From: Octopus sinensis
Lineage: Eukaryota
DNA: 64,000 nt
Direction: 5' to 3'
NCBI RefSeq assembly: GCF_006345805.1
Contig: NC_043005.1
Span: forward strand, 63,364,001 to 63,428,000
Shown here: one piece after another, positions 24,650-36,797 of the stretch
How the letters are laid out: each line of letters starts with the position of its first letter
Position numbering within the stretch: position 1 is the first letter of the stretch
Notes under the pieces: generated by a model
What the model was told of the DNA's origin: nothing
Database searches by the model: none
Seen by the model: the letters and a program-made list of their open reading frames with translations, nothing else
Translations under genes and position numbers: made by a program

Positions 24650-26689
24650 TATTGTATAAAATTTTTAGCGAGAACAGCTCATTGTTCAATACATGCTGGA
24701 AATGTTTGAACCTAGAAAAGACCGAGGAGGACTATATCACATATGCTGGTAGAGTGAACAGAGAATGTGAATAGTTCAAACTGAGCAAATTAATGCCAGA
24801 TATGTTCAACTGTCTGATATTTTCTCAGGAACTAACTGCAGAAAAAGACGCTGAAGTAAGAACAAAAATTTTCGCTAGGATGGAACAAAACCAAATTGTA
24901 AACTTAAACAAGTGTCAGAAGAGTGTGAAAGAATAGTAAATTTATGATGCGACACAGAGAAAATTGAACATAAAGATTGCTCTTAAGTGAAACAAGTGCG
25001 AAATAGGCAGAGTAAAAATCAAGTGCGTACTAAAATATAGCACAAACAGAACAAAAATCAGGAAACAAACCTTTGTTTTGCATGTGGAGGTCTACACTTG
25101 TGAAAAACCGCCCATTTAAGAAAAACTGCCCCTTTTTCCGTTTTGGAAAAATTGGACACGTAAAAGCCCACTGTAAAACCAAGATGATAAAGCATTGGAA
25201 CAAAGATAAAAGAATAAACAAGATATCGTTAAAAAAAACCGGAAATCTAACAAAGAGGAAATTCGTAAATGTGAAAACTGATAATATAAGAGTAAAAATG
25301 CAGTTAGATACTGGAAGTGAATGAAGAAACTTGGAAATATATCGCTAAGTCAAAATTAAGTAAATCCACAAATGTAGCACACGGTGTTATGGGTAAAATA
25401 TTGTATTATGTAAATGAATATGTGTGTAATGTTACATTTCATGACCAAATGAAAACGGCAAACGTATATGTGGTAAAAAATACAGTTAATCTATTCATCA
25501 TGGAGTGGATGGAACTATTTAAATTGTGGAATAAGCTCATAAGTGTTTTGTGTTGGAATATAGTCGGTTCAGTCGAAGGTTCGAATGTGGTTGAGGGATT
25601 GAATCGAAAAATAAAACATTCATTTCCAGATGTTTTCTCGGATGAACTGGGCTGCTGCACAAAACAAAGGCAAAAGTTGCAGTAAAACGAAGTGCAATAC
25701 CTGTATTTAGACCAAAACGGAATGTACCATTTGTGGCATTAGAACAGGTAAATAAGGAACTTATAAGACTTGAGAGCCTAGGATTAATTGAGAAGTCAGA
25801 CCACTCAGATTGGGCAGCACCTACAGTCTATGTAAAAAGAATAATAATACATTAAGAGTTTGTGCAGATTTTTTAACGAGTTTAAATGATTGCTTAAGCT
25901 CACATAACTATCCCTTGCTGTGTCCTGAGGAAGTGTTTGCAAAATTGTATGGAGGGAAATTCTTCTCAAAATTAGACCTCTCGGAAGCATATTTACAAAT
26001 CCAAGTAGAAGAAGAATGTTCACACTTATCAGCCATTAATACACACTGTGGCTCATTTACATACATATATTTCAATACATATAGGGACAGAGAGCAAAGA
26101 TACACACTTTTGTAGAGACTGGCTACTTGATGGATGTAAATTTTTTAATAATGAAGTATTTTATTTTGTGACATTGTTTTTGAAAACTAAGAAGTTATAT
26201 TTAACATAAATGACAGGCATCATTTTTCTGCTGAGATAGTCTTTACAAAAGGTTAAGACCCAAGAGAAATAACAAAGGTTAAGACCCAAAAGGAATAAAC
26301 AAAATTTAAGTCCCCAGAGGAATAATAATGAGCTCCCATAAGTGCGTAAGTAAATACCAAAACTGCAAACTTATGGGGAAAAGATGAGATGAAATTTCTA
26401 AATAACAAATGTATCAAACTATTTTATGTTTTCATATTTGTTAACATCTGCAGCTGGAGCAAGCCAACCAAGCACCAAGGAAGACAGAGACAGTGCACAA
26501 ATTGTGGAAGCTCTTCCTAGCAATTTTAAACTCACTGTAAACAATTGGATATATATGCTGATCAGATGGTCATAGTGATCAGCTAAAAGTACCACAGAAC
26601 AAGGACTTTGCCCAATCACACCCTTGGGCTCTTGTATTGATAGTAAGAATTTCAAACCTTGTAGGATGTTTCTCTATTTTCCCTGATTA

Positions 26690-26912
26690 AGTAGGTCCTT
26701 CCTCCTGTTATAGAAGCCAACAATGTTGAAGCAACATTTACAAAACTTTCATCCACACAAGAATAAAGACAAAAGTTGTTCCAAAAGTCAAGGAAGTGAC
26801 CTCAAAAAGATGAAGCTAGATTCAACTGGAGCATCACAAGAATTGAACCAAAAGATCATTGAAGCTTTTTACACTATAGCATTGGAGTTAGCAAAGCAGA
26901 ATAAAACACACA
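26690..26912 (+). mobile_element. hAT (Buster/Charlie-like) transposase N-terminal fragment
   Basis: LKQHLQNFHP...SDLKKMKLDSTGASQELNQKIIEAFYTIALELAKQNKTH. Confidence 0.75.
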
Positions 26913-27225
26913 TGAGGGTTGTTCATTAAAGATTTCCCCTGACCCACTTCCCAAGGACAAGGATAAACAGAACTTGGCATAATTATTAGTCCTTCTCTAC
27001 ATAGCCATCCCCAATGGTGACACACATCTCCCATTGCTTTATGCAACTGGGAAGACCTCATCTGTATAAGTTGGTAGGTTGTGTTTGGAGCCAAGACTTT
27101 ACTTCAGAAATAAGTTCATCATCATCCAAAAAGTGGTTCCTCTTCAAAAAAGAATTCACGGTTGGAAAGAGGCAGAAGTCAAATGGTGTGAGGTCAGGAG
27201 AATAATGGGGGTGTGGAAGGTCCCT
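26913..27225 (-). mobile_element. mariner transposase C-terminus and right end
   Basis: LPHPHYSPDLTPFDFCLFP...EVKSWLQTQP...WEMCVTIGDGYVEKD*; TIR-like (t/c)gagggttgttcat at 26913. Confidence 0.85.
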
Positions 27226-29400
27226 TTGAAATATTTATGGCATTGGAAATTATTGTTTCACTCTGTTTTAAGTGTCAGGATTGTGGCTCAGGTCTTTGTG
27301 AGCCTGTCAGTGACAGCAATTTAAGTAGCAGACACTTTAGCCAAATGGAGACACTTCAGCAGCCATGAGTGGGGAATAGAATCAAATACCTTCCTATAAT
27401 CAAGCCATACTGTTGTAAGGCTTCTACGATGTTTTTTTTTTTATAGCAGATATTACAGCTTTGTTTATCAAAAGTTGTTTGGCACATCCCTTCTTTGCAC
27501 CAGCCTGCTCATCAGTCACTTTATTGTTGGATTTACAATGGTCCTGGAAGAATTGTTTGAAGCAGCTTGAGTACAGTTTGTACATAATGTTTAGGCAAGC
27601 AAGGGCCTGTAATTTGCAGGCTGTTCAGTGGTTTCATTCTTGGCCAAGGGATTCGTCCACACTATAGCAAGCCAATTTGGTAAATTAATCTGACCTTCCA
27701 TAGTACTTTTGAATATACTTATTAGGGATTTTCAGTAAAGTGTTAGCCTCTTATACCAGTATCTATTTATTGGATCCCTTCCAGGCGCCTTTCCATTATG
27801 CAGTTTTTCTACAGCTATGGTGATCATTTCTGGGTCAATTGCATATGTTCTACTGTTCATGCTGCTACAGTATACACTCTTTTCTGCATTTAGTCACAAT
27901 GCATTGAGGTTGCGATTCCTCTTTTCAGACGACTGTGTTGGTATGGCCATGTGGCGAGAATGGATGTGGATAGCTGTGTGAAAAAGTGCCACACCCTTTT
28001 AAGGGTTGAGGGAACCTGTGGAAGAGGTAGACCTGGGATGAGGTGGTGAAGCACAACCTTCGAACATTGGGCCTCACTGAAGCAATGACTAGTGACCAAG
28101 ACCTTTGGAAATATGCTGTGCTTGAGAAGACTTGGGGAGCCAAGTGAGACCATAACCTCGTGGCCTATGCCAGGGGTGTAACCAGCCCACTTATGCGTAC
28201 CTTCCCTTCATTGGACACTAAACTCTGATTGTGAAGACCTGTTGAGGCAAGTGAAATTGAAATCGAAATCAAATTCGATGACTGGCTTTCGTACTAGTGG
28301 AGCATTATAAGAGTACCATCCAAGTGTGATCGTTGCCAGAGCAACAAATTGGCTTCCATGCCAGTAGCATGTAAAAAGCATTATTCGACCATGATCGTTA
28401 CCAGCGTTGCCTTACTGGCACTTTAGCTGGTGGCATGTGAAAAAACATTCAAGCGAGGTCATTGCCAGTGCCACTGGACTGGCTCCTGTATAAGTGGCAC
28501 ATAAAAAGCACCATTTGATCGTGGATGTTGCCAGTACCGCCTGACTGACCCTTGTGCCGGTGGCACATAAAAGCACCCACTACACTCTTGGAGTGGTTGG
28601 CGTTAGGAAGGGCATCCAGCTGTAGAAACTCTGCCAGATCAGATTGAAGCCTGGTGCAGCCACCTGGTTTGCTAGACCTCGGTTGAATCGTCCAACCCAT
28701 GCTAGCATGGAAAACAGATGTTAAACTATGATGATGATGATGATGATTCCAGATTTTCAACCAGAATGAATCAAGATTTTCTTGAGAAGGGGCTTTCTTA
28801 ACAGTAATATTTTCTTTCCTCATCTCTCTATATACTGTTTGTGAGTTAGCAGGAAACATCTATGTTTCAGAGTAATTAACCTCCCCTTAAGAGCTTGTTT
28901 GAAGAGTTACCATACAGTTTTGTTCATTTGTCTATAAGATGTAACTGATGAGGTTTAAACTCACTGTTCTTCTTGCATTTTATTATTGTGATTAACCAAC
29001 CAATATGGCAGCATAGATTTCATCAAGCTTTGTTTTCCATCTAGGTTGTTTTGGTTTTGTACTTTCATTACCATGTATGCTACAGATTTCTTTAAGATTT
29101 ATAGCAGTTGTGTATATGAGGGTATTAATACTCCAGTAATTAACATTAACCATGTGCTCCCCAGTGACATCATCGATAATTTTCAACATTAGAGCTGTTG
29201 GATTTTTCTTAATCTTGTTAAGAACAGCCTGATGTATGTATGTATGATTTTTCTTTGAGTTCTTCTTGAGAGATTTCAAGCCGGTTGCTGACAAAGCAAC
29301 AAGACTTATTGAGTTAAGAGAGTTCCTGGTGTTTTACACATGTGGTTGAGTTGATGTGTTGGTTGAACTGTCGATGCTTACACCCAAGTGTGTGCATCTA
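27225..29400 (-). mobile_element. R4/Dong-clade fossil (N-terminal region to RT), split by an RTE insertion
   Basis: KQPRWKTKL; VYREMRKENITVKKAPSQENLDSFWLKIW; GKAPGRD; NYRP.ACLNIMYKLYSS; LDYRKVFDSIPHSWL; IFQRD. Confidence 0.88.
27928..28745 (+). mobile_element. 5'-truncated RTE LINE (RT C-terminus, 3' UTR with tandem units, (GAT)n tail)
   Basis: RRLCWYGHVARMDVDSCVKKC..VEGTCGRGRP...WDEVVKHNLRTLGLTEAMTSDQDLWKYAV. Confidence 0.9.
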
Positions 29401-31689
29401 TTCACATAAGAATCATACATAATGCTATATCTCACATTTTCAAGTAAAGTTCACGTTTATAATTTATAAGCATTGTATCATCTTAACCATGCAAACACAC
29501 TTTTCAAGCAAGTAATACAAAAGTTGCAGTCTTATAGTAAAATTGGAAACATTAAACATTTTCAACCTATGACACTGCAAATAGCAATACTTTGCTTAAT
29601 TCATCATATTCTCTTGCTTTCCATCATCATAATGCTTTTAATCTTCCGAATGTCATGTGATATAAATTCCTTCCAGACAATTACTTATCATCAAAGAATG
29701 CATTAAGATTTTATATCCTATTTTTAGTTTTAGAATCAAAATGTATTCATCTTGTGTAGAAATGTTATATTCCAGTGCTTCAGTAAATATGATTTACAAA
29801 TCATATTTATCAATAATAAACTATTTCTGGTACTTACAAGTTTGATCTATGTACGCAATTGTGTGTGCTCAGCTTAGAGAATAAAATCCACTATGATATG
29901 CATAATGACATTTTGACACTGGTTGACTGTTTCTGGTTAACTCTTTCCTTCAACGTGTTTACATGATGAGAGTTTATCAGCAGAAGCTTCTATATACTAT
30001 AAAAAATTATTTTTTAAATGTATGTTCTATGCGATAGTTTTGTTTTCTCTGAGAAATACTTTTATTTAATCAAGAATTATCAAGAGCTCTGATAACCTGT
30101 TCAAAATTCTGACATTTTGTTGTTTCTTTTATATTTTGCTTTTTTTAATATATTCACCTCAGCCCCTCTCCTCTAAAGTAACAAATAGTTTCAAATAATT
30201 AATTACTAATTAGCTTTCTGACCTTGTGACATTACATAGCCTTGACTGTTGAAACAAACAATACCACTTTTCAATTGCTAATAGTAAAGACAAATTACCC
30301 TCTTACAAATAATGAGTGGTTAACAAGTTGTCTTCATCTAACCAATCTCATGAATATGCTAAAATGTGTTTCATACATATGATTAATACATAGTTTCCGC
30401 TAAACAACCATTTTGCTCAATTTTCTAACTTTAAGAGTGGGAGGGAACTATTATGAAACAGTTTGATAAAACATGGTTAATTTAATATGCATTCATGTTT
30501 TTGTATCTCTTTTTGTGTGTGTTTTAATGGCTCAGTACAGAACAGGAACAGGGGAAGTGCTTATGACTTTGGCATGACCTCTCAACTGTGGGAGTTGGAC
30601 ATTTCATTTTAACTTTTATTTCATCAGTAGTACATAATTTCTTTTTAGTAAATGGAAAAAACATTCAAATACATTTAATCTTGATTGCACGTTGTTATGT
30701 TGTGCAAGACTCTCTTGTACTCACTTTCTCTCTCTCTCTCCTTCTGGTTTTTCTCATCTTCTTTTGGTTAAAGTTCCTGTTATAGATTTTTTTTAATGGT
30801 GTAGTTATAGTTTAACTCTGTGTCAGTCCTGGTTCAGCAGATATTGTAACCTTGATCCTTATATCTTGTTTATGCATGGTGCATAAAAAACTATTTTATC
30901 TAATGTCCCCTATTTAAAAGATATGGCAAGTGTGATATGAGGGAGATTTAGCTCTAATTTCTATCAGGTTAAGTAATCACTTACAGGTATTCTTATCTTT
31001 GCCTGTACAATTTCTAGAGGTCGAAGTATTTAGATGATGCATTATTAATTCAGCAGTTAAGATCCATTTCTTTCTATCAAACTCAATGAGGCAGCTCCCA
31101 TAAATAAAATCTAATTTGAAAACTAATAAATTAAATATGATATAATTTAAAATATTCATCCAGAAAGGAATATTGTGAATAAATGCATGAAACATTTTGA
31201 TATATTTCTTTATATGATAACAGAAAGATATGATTTATTATTATTCTTTTTTCTTGAGTAGAAGCAATTTCTTATATTTTATTCTTTCTAAATTTGCAGA
31301 TATGAGGAAAAATGTATAAGATATAAAAATTTACTAATAAATATTTTCTAATATTGATCACTGTGACACTGACATCTTACATATTTACTGCAAGTGGACT
31401 ATAATGCAGGCTTGTGTTTTTCTTTTTTTATCATTTCCTAGAAAAGAAGTCTTTCTTGTTTTTTTACTAGTTTCAGTGGTTTAACTGGAAGTCACAGTGC
31501 AAGAGTTCTCCTCCCAATTCCCGTTAGGAATTTTTGCCAAACTTTATTTAACATTGCTTTCAATCTATATAATTTCTTCCTAATCTCAGAAAAAACAATT
31601 TCATATTCCCAAGCAAATTATTGTTTGGATGATGTGAGAAATAACGGGAAGATTTAATATAAACGCAAAATAATTGTTTGTAATTTGGG

Positions 31690-31815
31690 CACAAAGCCAG
31701 CAATTTTGAAGGGCAGGCTTTATATGATCACCAGTATTTGACTGTTACTTTATTTTATGAACCTCAGAAGATTCAAAGGCAAAGTGAACTTAGGTGGAAT
31801 TTGCAGTTAGAATCT
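31690..31815 (-). mobile_element. SINE family B, degenerate partial copy
   Basis: Reverse complement core; another such fragment lies at ~32270-32420. Confidence 0.5.
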
Positions 31816-31869
31816 AAAGAGTCAGAATAAATATCACAATGTATTTTTCTTTTATGCCAAAAAGTTTTA

Positions 31870-32240
31870 CTAATTGTAGGCATAGGAGTGGTTTTGTGGT
31901 TCCAGGTTCAGTCCCACTGCATGGCACCTTGGGCAAGTGTCTTCTACTATAGCCTTGGGCCAACCAAAGCCTTGTGAGTGGATTTGGTAGATGGAAACTG
32001 AAAGAAGCCTGTCGTACATATGTATACATATATATAGGTATGTGTGTATATATGTTTGTGTGTCTGTGTTTGTACCCCTCCAACATCACTTGACAACCAA
32101 TGCTGGTGTGTTTAGCAGTTCGGCAAAAGAGACTGATAGAATAAGTACTAGGCTTACAAAGAATAAGTCCTGGGGTCGATTTGCTTGACTAAAGGCGATG
32201 CTCCAGCATGGCCACAGTCAAATGACTGAAAAGGTAAAAG
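31870..32240 (+). mobile_element. SINE family A with small deletions
   Basis: Match to family consensus. Confidence 0.85.
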
Positions 32241-32584
32241 AGTAAAAGAGTAATTGTCAACCCAAGATAGTTTCTAATTTAGGAACAAGACCAACAATTT
32301 TGGGTTAACCAATTAAACTGAACCCAGTATTTAACTATTACTTTATATTACTGACTCTGTATGGATTAAAGGTAAAGTTCACCAAGGTGGGATTTGGTCT
32401 GAGAATGTAAAGAGACTTATCCAAATGTAATACAGAGAATACAATCTATTGTCGATGCTTTATTGATTGTGCTTCCACTTCACACAGGCAGATATATGCA
32501 AATAAGTGAATAAAAAAAGTGTACTCATTACAGATGTAGAGTAATACAGACATGCATATACACACACACACACTCACATATACA

Positions 32585-32755
32585 GGCGCAGGAGTGGCTG
32601 TGTGGTAAGTAGCTTGCTTACCAACCACATGGTTCCGGGTTCAGTCCCACTGCGTGGCATTTTGGGCAAGTGTCTTCTGCTATAGCCCCAGGCCGACCAA
32701 TGCCTTGTGAGTGAATTTGGTAGACGGAAACTGAAAGAAGCCTGTCGTATATTTG

Positions 32756-32786
<31 letters not shown>

Positions 32787-33230
32787 TTGTCCCCCCTAGC
32801 ATTGCTTGACAACCGATGCTGGTGTGTTTACGTCCCCGTCACTTAGCAGTTCGGCAAAAGAGACCGATAGAATAAGTACTGGGCTTACAAAGAATAAGTC
32901 CCGGGGTCAATTTGCTCGACTAAAGGCGGTGCTCCAGCATGGCCGCAGTCAAATGACTGAAACAAGTAAAAGAGAGAGAGTAAAGGCATAGCTGTGTGGT
33001 TAGAAGCTTGCTTTCCAATCACATGGTTGAGTTTAGTCCCACTGCATGGCACCTCAGGCAAGTGTTCTCTACTATAGCTTTGGGCTGACCAAAGTGTTGC
33101 AAGTGGATTTGGTAGACAGAAACTGAAAAAAGCTCATAGTATATACGTGTGTGTGTGTGTGTTAGTACCCACCCACACATACACACATACACACTGTTTG
33201 GCTACTGGTGTTGCTGTGTTTACATCCCTG
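32585..33230 (+). mobile_element. SINE family A, full young copy (32585-32980) followed by an older partial copy
   Basis: The first copy is nearly identical to 62755-63175 and retains CpGs. Confidence 0.9.
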
Positions 33231-33299
33231 TAACACATCTATATATGCATAACATATAAGAATGATTGAAGTACTTGCTACCAAAATCTGGTCAGCTCA

Positions 33300-34000
33300 G
33301 ACATGATGACCTTGTTGGGCGATCAGAGTGCAGTGTATGCATGTTATCATGCAGCAGTGGATGAGTTTAAAATTGTCACTGAAACAAACGATTTGCAAAC
33401 CTTGGTGAATTAAGGACTTTTTATGGCAAAAAGTATACAAAGGTTTCTGGAAAGGGAAAAAAAATTATGAGCACTTTTAATATGATAGTATAAATTTAGA
33501 GAAAGGTTTGTATATGACCTGAAATATAACATACATGGTGAAAACAAAGATAGATGAAACAACACTACATTGATAATTTTATTGAAATTATGAAGCAGGT
33601 TCAACAATGGTTGATAAAAGTAAATATGTAAAATACTTTGATCCAAATATTTTCCCTTCAGATCCAAGTACACTGAAATCAACTTTGATCATTTAACTGA
33701 AGAAGAGAAAAATTGATGCTGTGACTTTTACAAATCAGTATGAAATAATATTTGTTGAAAGTTAATAGGTGGAGTGAATTTTCAAAGCGACACATGATGA
33801 ATTGGTTTTCCAAACCCTCTAGGACTGGCTTAATGCTAAGCTTAACAACCCAGTTACAATTTCCAAAGCTACACTTATGTCAATATTTGCATAAAATAAT
33901 GGCAATTCAACCAGTGTTTAACTGAATTATGAAATGGTCTGCCTTATTAAACAGCACCAACTTTACGAGGAATAATGCATACTAGCATTCATATTCTGAT
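33300..34000 (+). mobile_element. Probable hAT transposase C-terminal fossil
   Basis: Weak motifs FDPNIFPSD and YLHKIMAIQPV resembling the hAT dimerisation region; heavily frameshifted. Confidence 0.4.
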
Positions 34001-35134
34001 ATCCTGATATTAGCCGCTGTGCTTAATTATACATTGATAATCATTCCCCAAAGCTGTCTACTTCATTCATATTTTAATTTGTTCATATTTTGTTACAAAG
34101 AAGAGAAAATTACAACCTCAAAATTTAATTATCTAGTTTTGAAGACAGAAATCCTTAATTTGGAGATAGTCCACTACCCACTTTGCCAAAGCAATCTTGT
34201 TAAATTTCTCTCAGAGTGCCTGCCATCCATTGATTAACAGTATTTAGAACTTTGCATATTGACTTTACTTTGTTTGTATTTCTATAGTTTTCTTTCTTAC
34301 TTTTCTCATTCAACAATAGATCTTAAACAATTAACATCTTCCTAAATTAAATAAGAATACATTTCTCACAAGAACACAAATATAGGAATCTTTTCATTAA
34401 CATCCCTTATAGTTGCATCCCGCCAAAATTGAAACAAATTATGTCACATAACCCATACATGTTTATACAGGACATTCATACAGGTGTTTTTAATCCATGC
34501 CCACTACATGAATCATGTAGTGGGCATAATTTATGAGAGAATGGCCAAATCCATGGATATGAACCATAATGCAAACCTAAAACGATAAATTGAATTGACT
34601 AAAGGATCCTTCAAATGGTGTGTTTGCATTGCAACTACCAAACTCATATTCCTTTGATCAAAACCTGGAATATTACAAAGCTTGCAAGCTTCATCTGGTA
34701 TTTAAAGAATATGGTACACATTTAACTTAACATTAGCTAGAATATTGCCAAAAGCTAACAGAATGTAATACTAAAGAACTTGCCAAACCATCTGAATGCC
34801 AAAACACAGACTTCAGTTTCTGCATACACAAGACAAAATTTATACTTACACATTGGATACCCCTCTCATTGCCCTCTACGTTCCTTTTATCAAGAAGCAT
34901 GGTTTAATATTTTCCTATAATATAATTTTATACTTTTATTATACTTTTTTCTGTTTTTACCAAGGTTTTCCCAGTCAAATTTTCTCCAAATTATTCTGAA
35001 AATTAGACTTTTCTGAATTTTTATTCCCTCATTTCTTTCTTTCTTCCCTCTTCCTTTTCTTGTAATCTTTCACTCTCTCTGTCCCCATCATCCATACACA
35101 TACGTATGCACACATTCCTACATGTATACAAATA

Positions 35135-35166
35135 TAGTAGTAGTAGCAGCAGCAGCAGTAGCAGTG

Positions 35167-35200
<34 letters not shown>

Positions 35201-35235
35201 CAGCAGCAGTAGTAGTAGTAGTGTGTGTGTGTGTG
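35135..35235. repeat. (TAG/CAG)n trinucleotide repeat
   Basis: Direct inspection; source of the poly-L and poly-Y ORFs. Confidence 0.95.
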
Positions 35236-35534
35236 CTTTGGGTGGGTGTACCATAAGCAAACGGCTAATGAGATAACCTCTTCCCTAAAATACAGGAGCA
35301 CAATCCATTTCAATATACTTAAAAACTATAATTTTCCAACTACAAATTTCATATGTGTATACTCTAAGCAGTGTATGAATTGACTTTTGGACACGTAGCA
35401 TTTGTTTTTGAAATTTCTAGTCTCATGTGGACATAGACTAATTGTATTACTCATATGACCTGATGAGAGTCTAAAACATTTTCTTTTTCTTTAATTTGAA
35501 ATTAGCTTTTATCCTTCTGAATAAATAATAATAA

Positions 35535-35750
35535 TTCTTTCTTTTATTAGCAGAAGGCCTGAAATTTTGTGGTAGGGGACTAGTTGGTTGCATCAACTCT
35601 AGTGTTCAACTGGTACTGACTTCATCGACCTTGAACAGATGAAAGGTAGAGTCAACCTTCATGGAATTTGAACTCAGAATGTAAAACTGGCCGAAATGTC
35701 ACTAAGCATTGTGCTTTGGCATGTTCATGGTTCTACCTGCCCACTGCCTT
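35535..35750 (-). mobile_element. SINE family B
   Basis: Reverse complement of head and core. Confidence 0.7.
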
Positions 35751-36766
35751 AATGATGATGATGATGGTGATGTAGATGATGATCCTTTTTACTTCAGGCA
35801 CAAGACCTGAAAAGTTCACAGTAGTAGTATTGGCTAAGGTTATGCTTCTTTTTTCCTTGCCTCACGTTGCTTCACTTGAGTTGTTGCTGGTGCTGTTAAC
35901 TGCTATAGCAGTGATGATGGCCACGTTGATGCTAGCCTTTACATTATGATTATTGTTGTTGTTATTTGTGTTAATTGCTGCTGTGAGGGTGGTGGTGATA
36001 TTGTAGGTGATAATGTTTAACAGGTTGCTGTCTTCATTACTTGGTATGTTGTGGACTTTGTTGTTTCTATTGGTGTATTATTTTGGTGGGGCGGAGAAAA
36101 ACTTCAAAACTATTTCCCTTCAAAATTATCTCTCACTTTTCCCTCTAGCAGGTTGATTGTTGAAGAACCCCACCATATTTTTACATTTGGGTTGTTTGAA
36201 AACAAAAATTTCAGAACTTACCTTTTTGAAGTTTTTGCCCCAGGGGCATGAAACAAAGAAGCTAACAAACCTGTAGGGCAATTCACTTAATAACGGGTAT
36301 ATATCAGATATTAATAAGCAAATTCTCTGTACATATGCAAACAAAATAAAAATTTATGAAGAAGACATGTCTTAGATAAAAAAAAAAAAAAGTGTGCCTG
36401 TACTATGTAACATGTATGCTCACTGATATGTGTATGCAAGACATTGCAACATTGACAATTTGGAGGTGACAATTTGGTGCATACACACACACAAACACAT
36501 ACATACATACACACACACACACACAAACACACACACATTATATATATATATACACATACATATAGGTTCCCCTACTCACCATTTTGTTTCCCCATAACTT
36601 TCAGAAAAGTGGATACATTTTAATGAAATTTTCAACAAATATGCTTCGTGTAGTGTAGATTCCGATTATATTGTAATTTGATTTTTTAAAAATTGTAAAA
36701 ATATTCCATTTTTCTGGAACTTACAAGGGAACAAATTCAGCGGGATCACTTGTGTAGTCATGCCCG

Positions 36767-36797
<31 letters not shown>

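Larger units (their letters stand above)
23267..26060 (+). mobile_element. Ty3/Gypsy LTR retrotransposon, Mag clade, 3'-truncated and degenerate
   Basis: LTR TGTT(23267)...AACA(23770) and PBS TGGCGACGAGGA (23772-23783, complementary to the tRNA-Ser(GCU) 3' end). Gag with poly-Q and ANSMTEFKYEP..EDYYRRYE, CCHC-like knuckles, protease QLDTGS, RT WAAPTVYVKK...LRVCADF...FSKLDLSEAYLQI. Confidence 0.9.
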
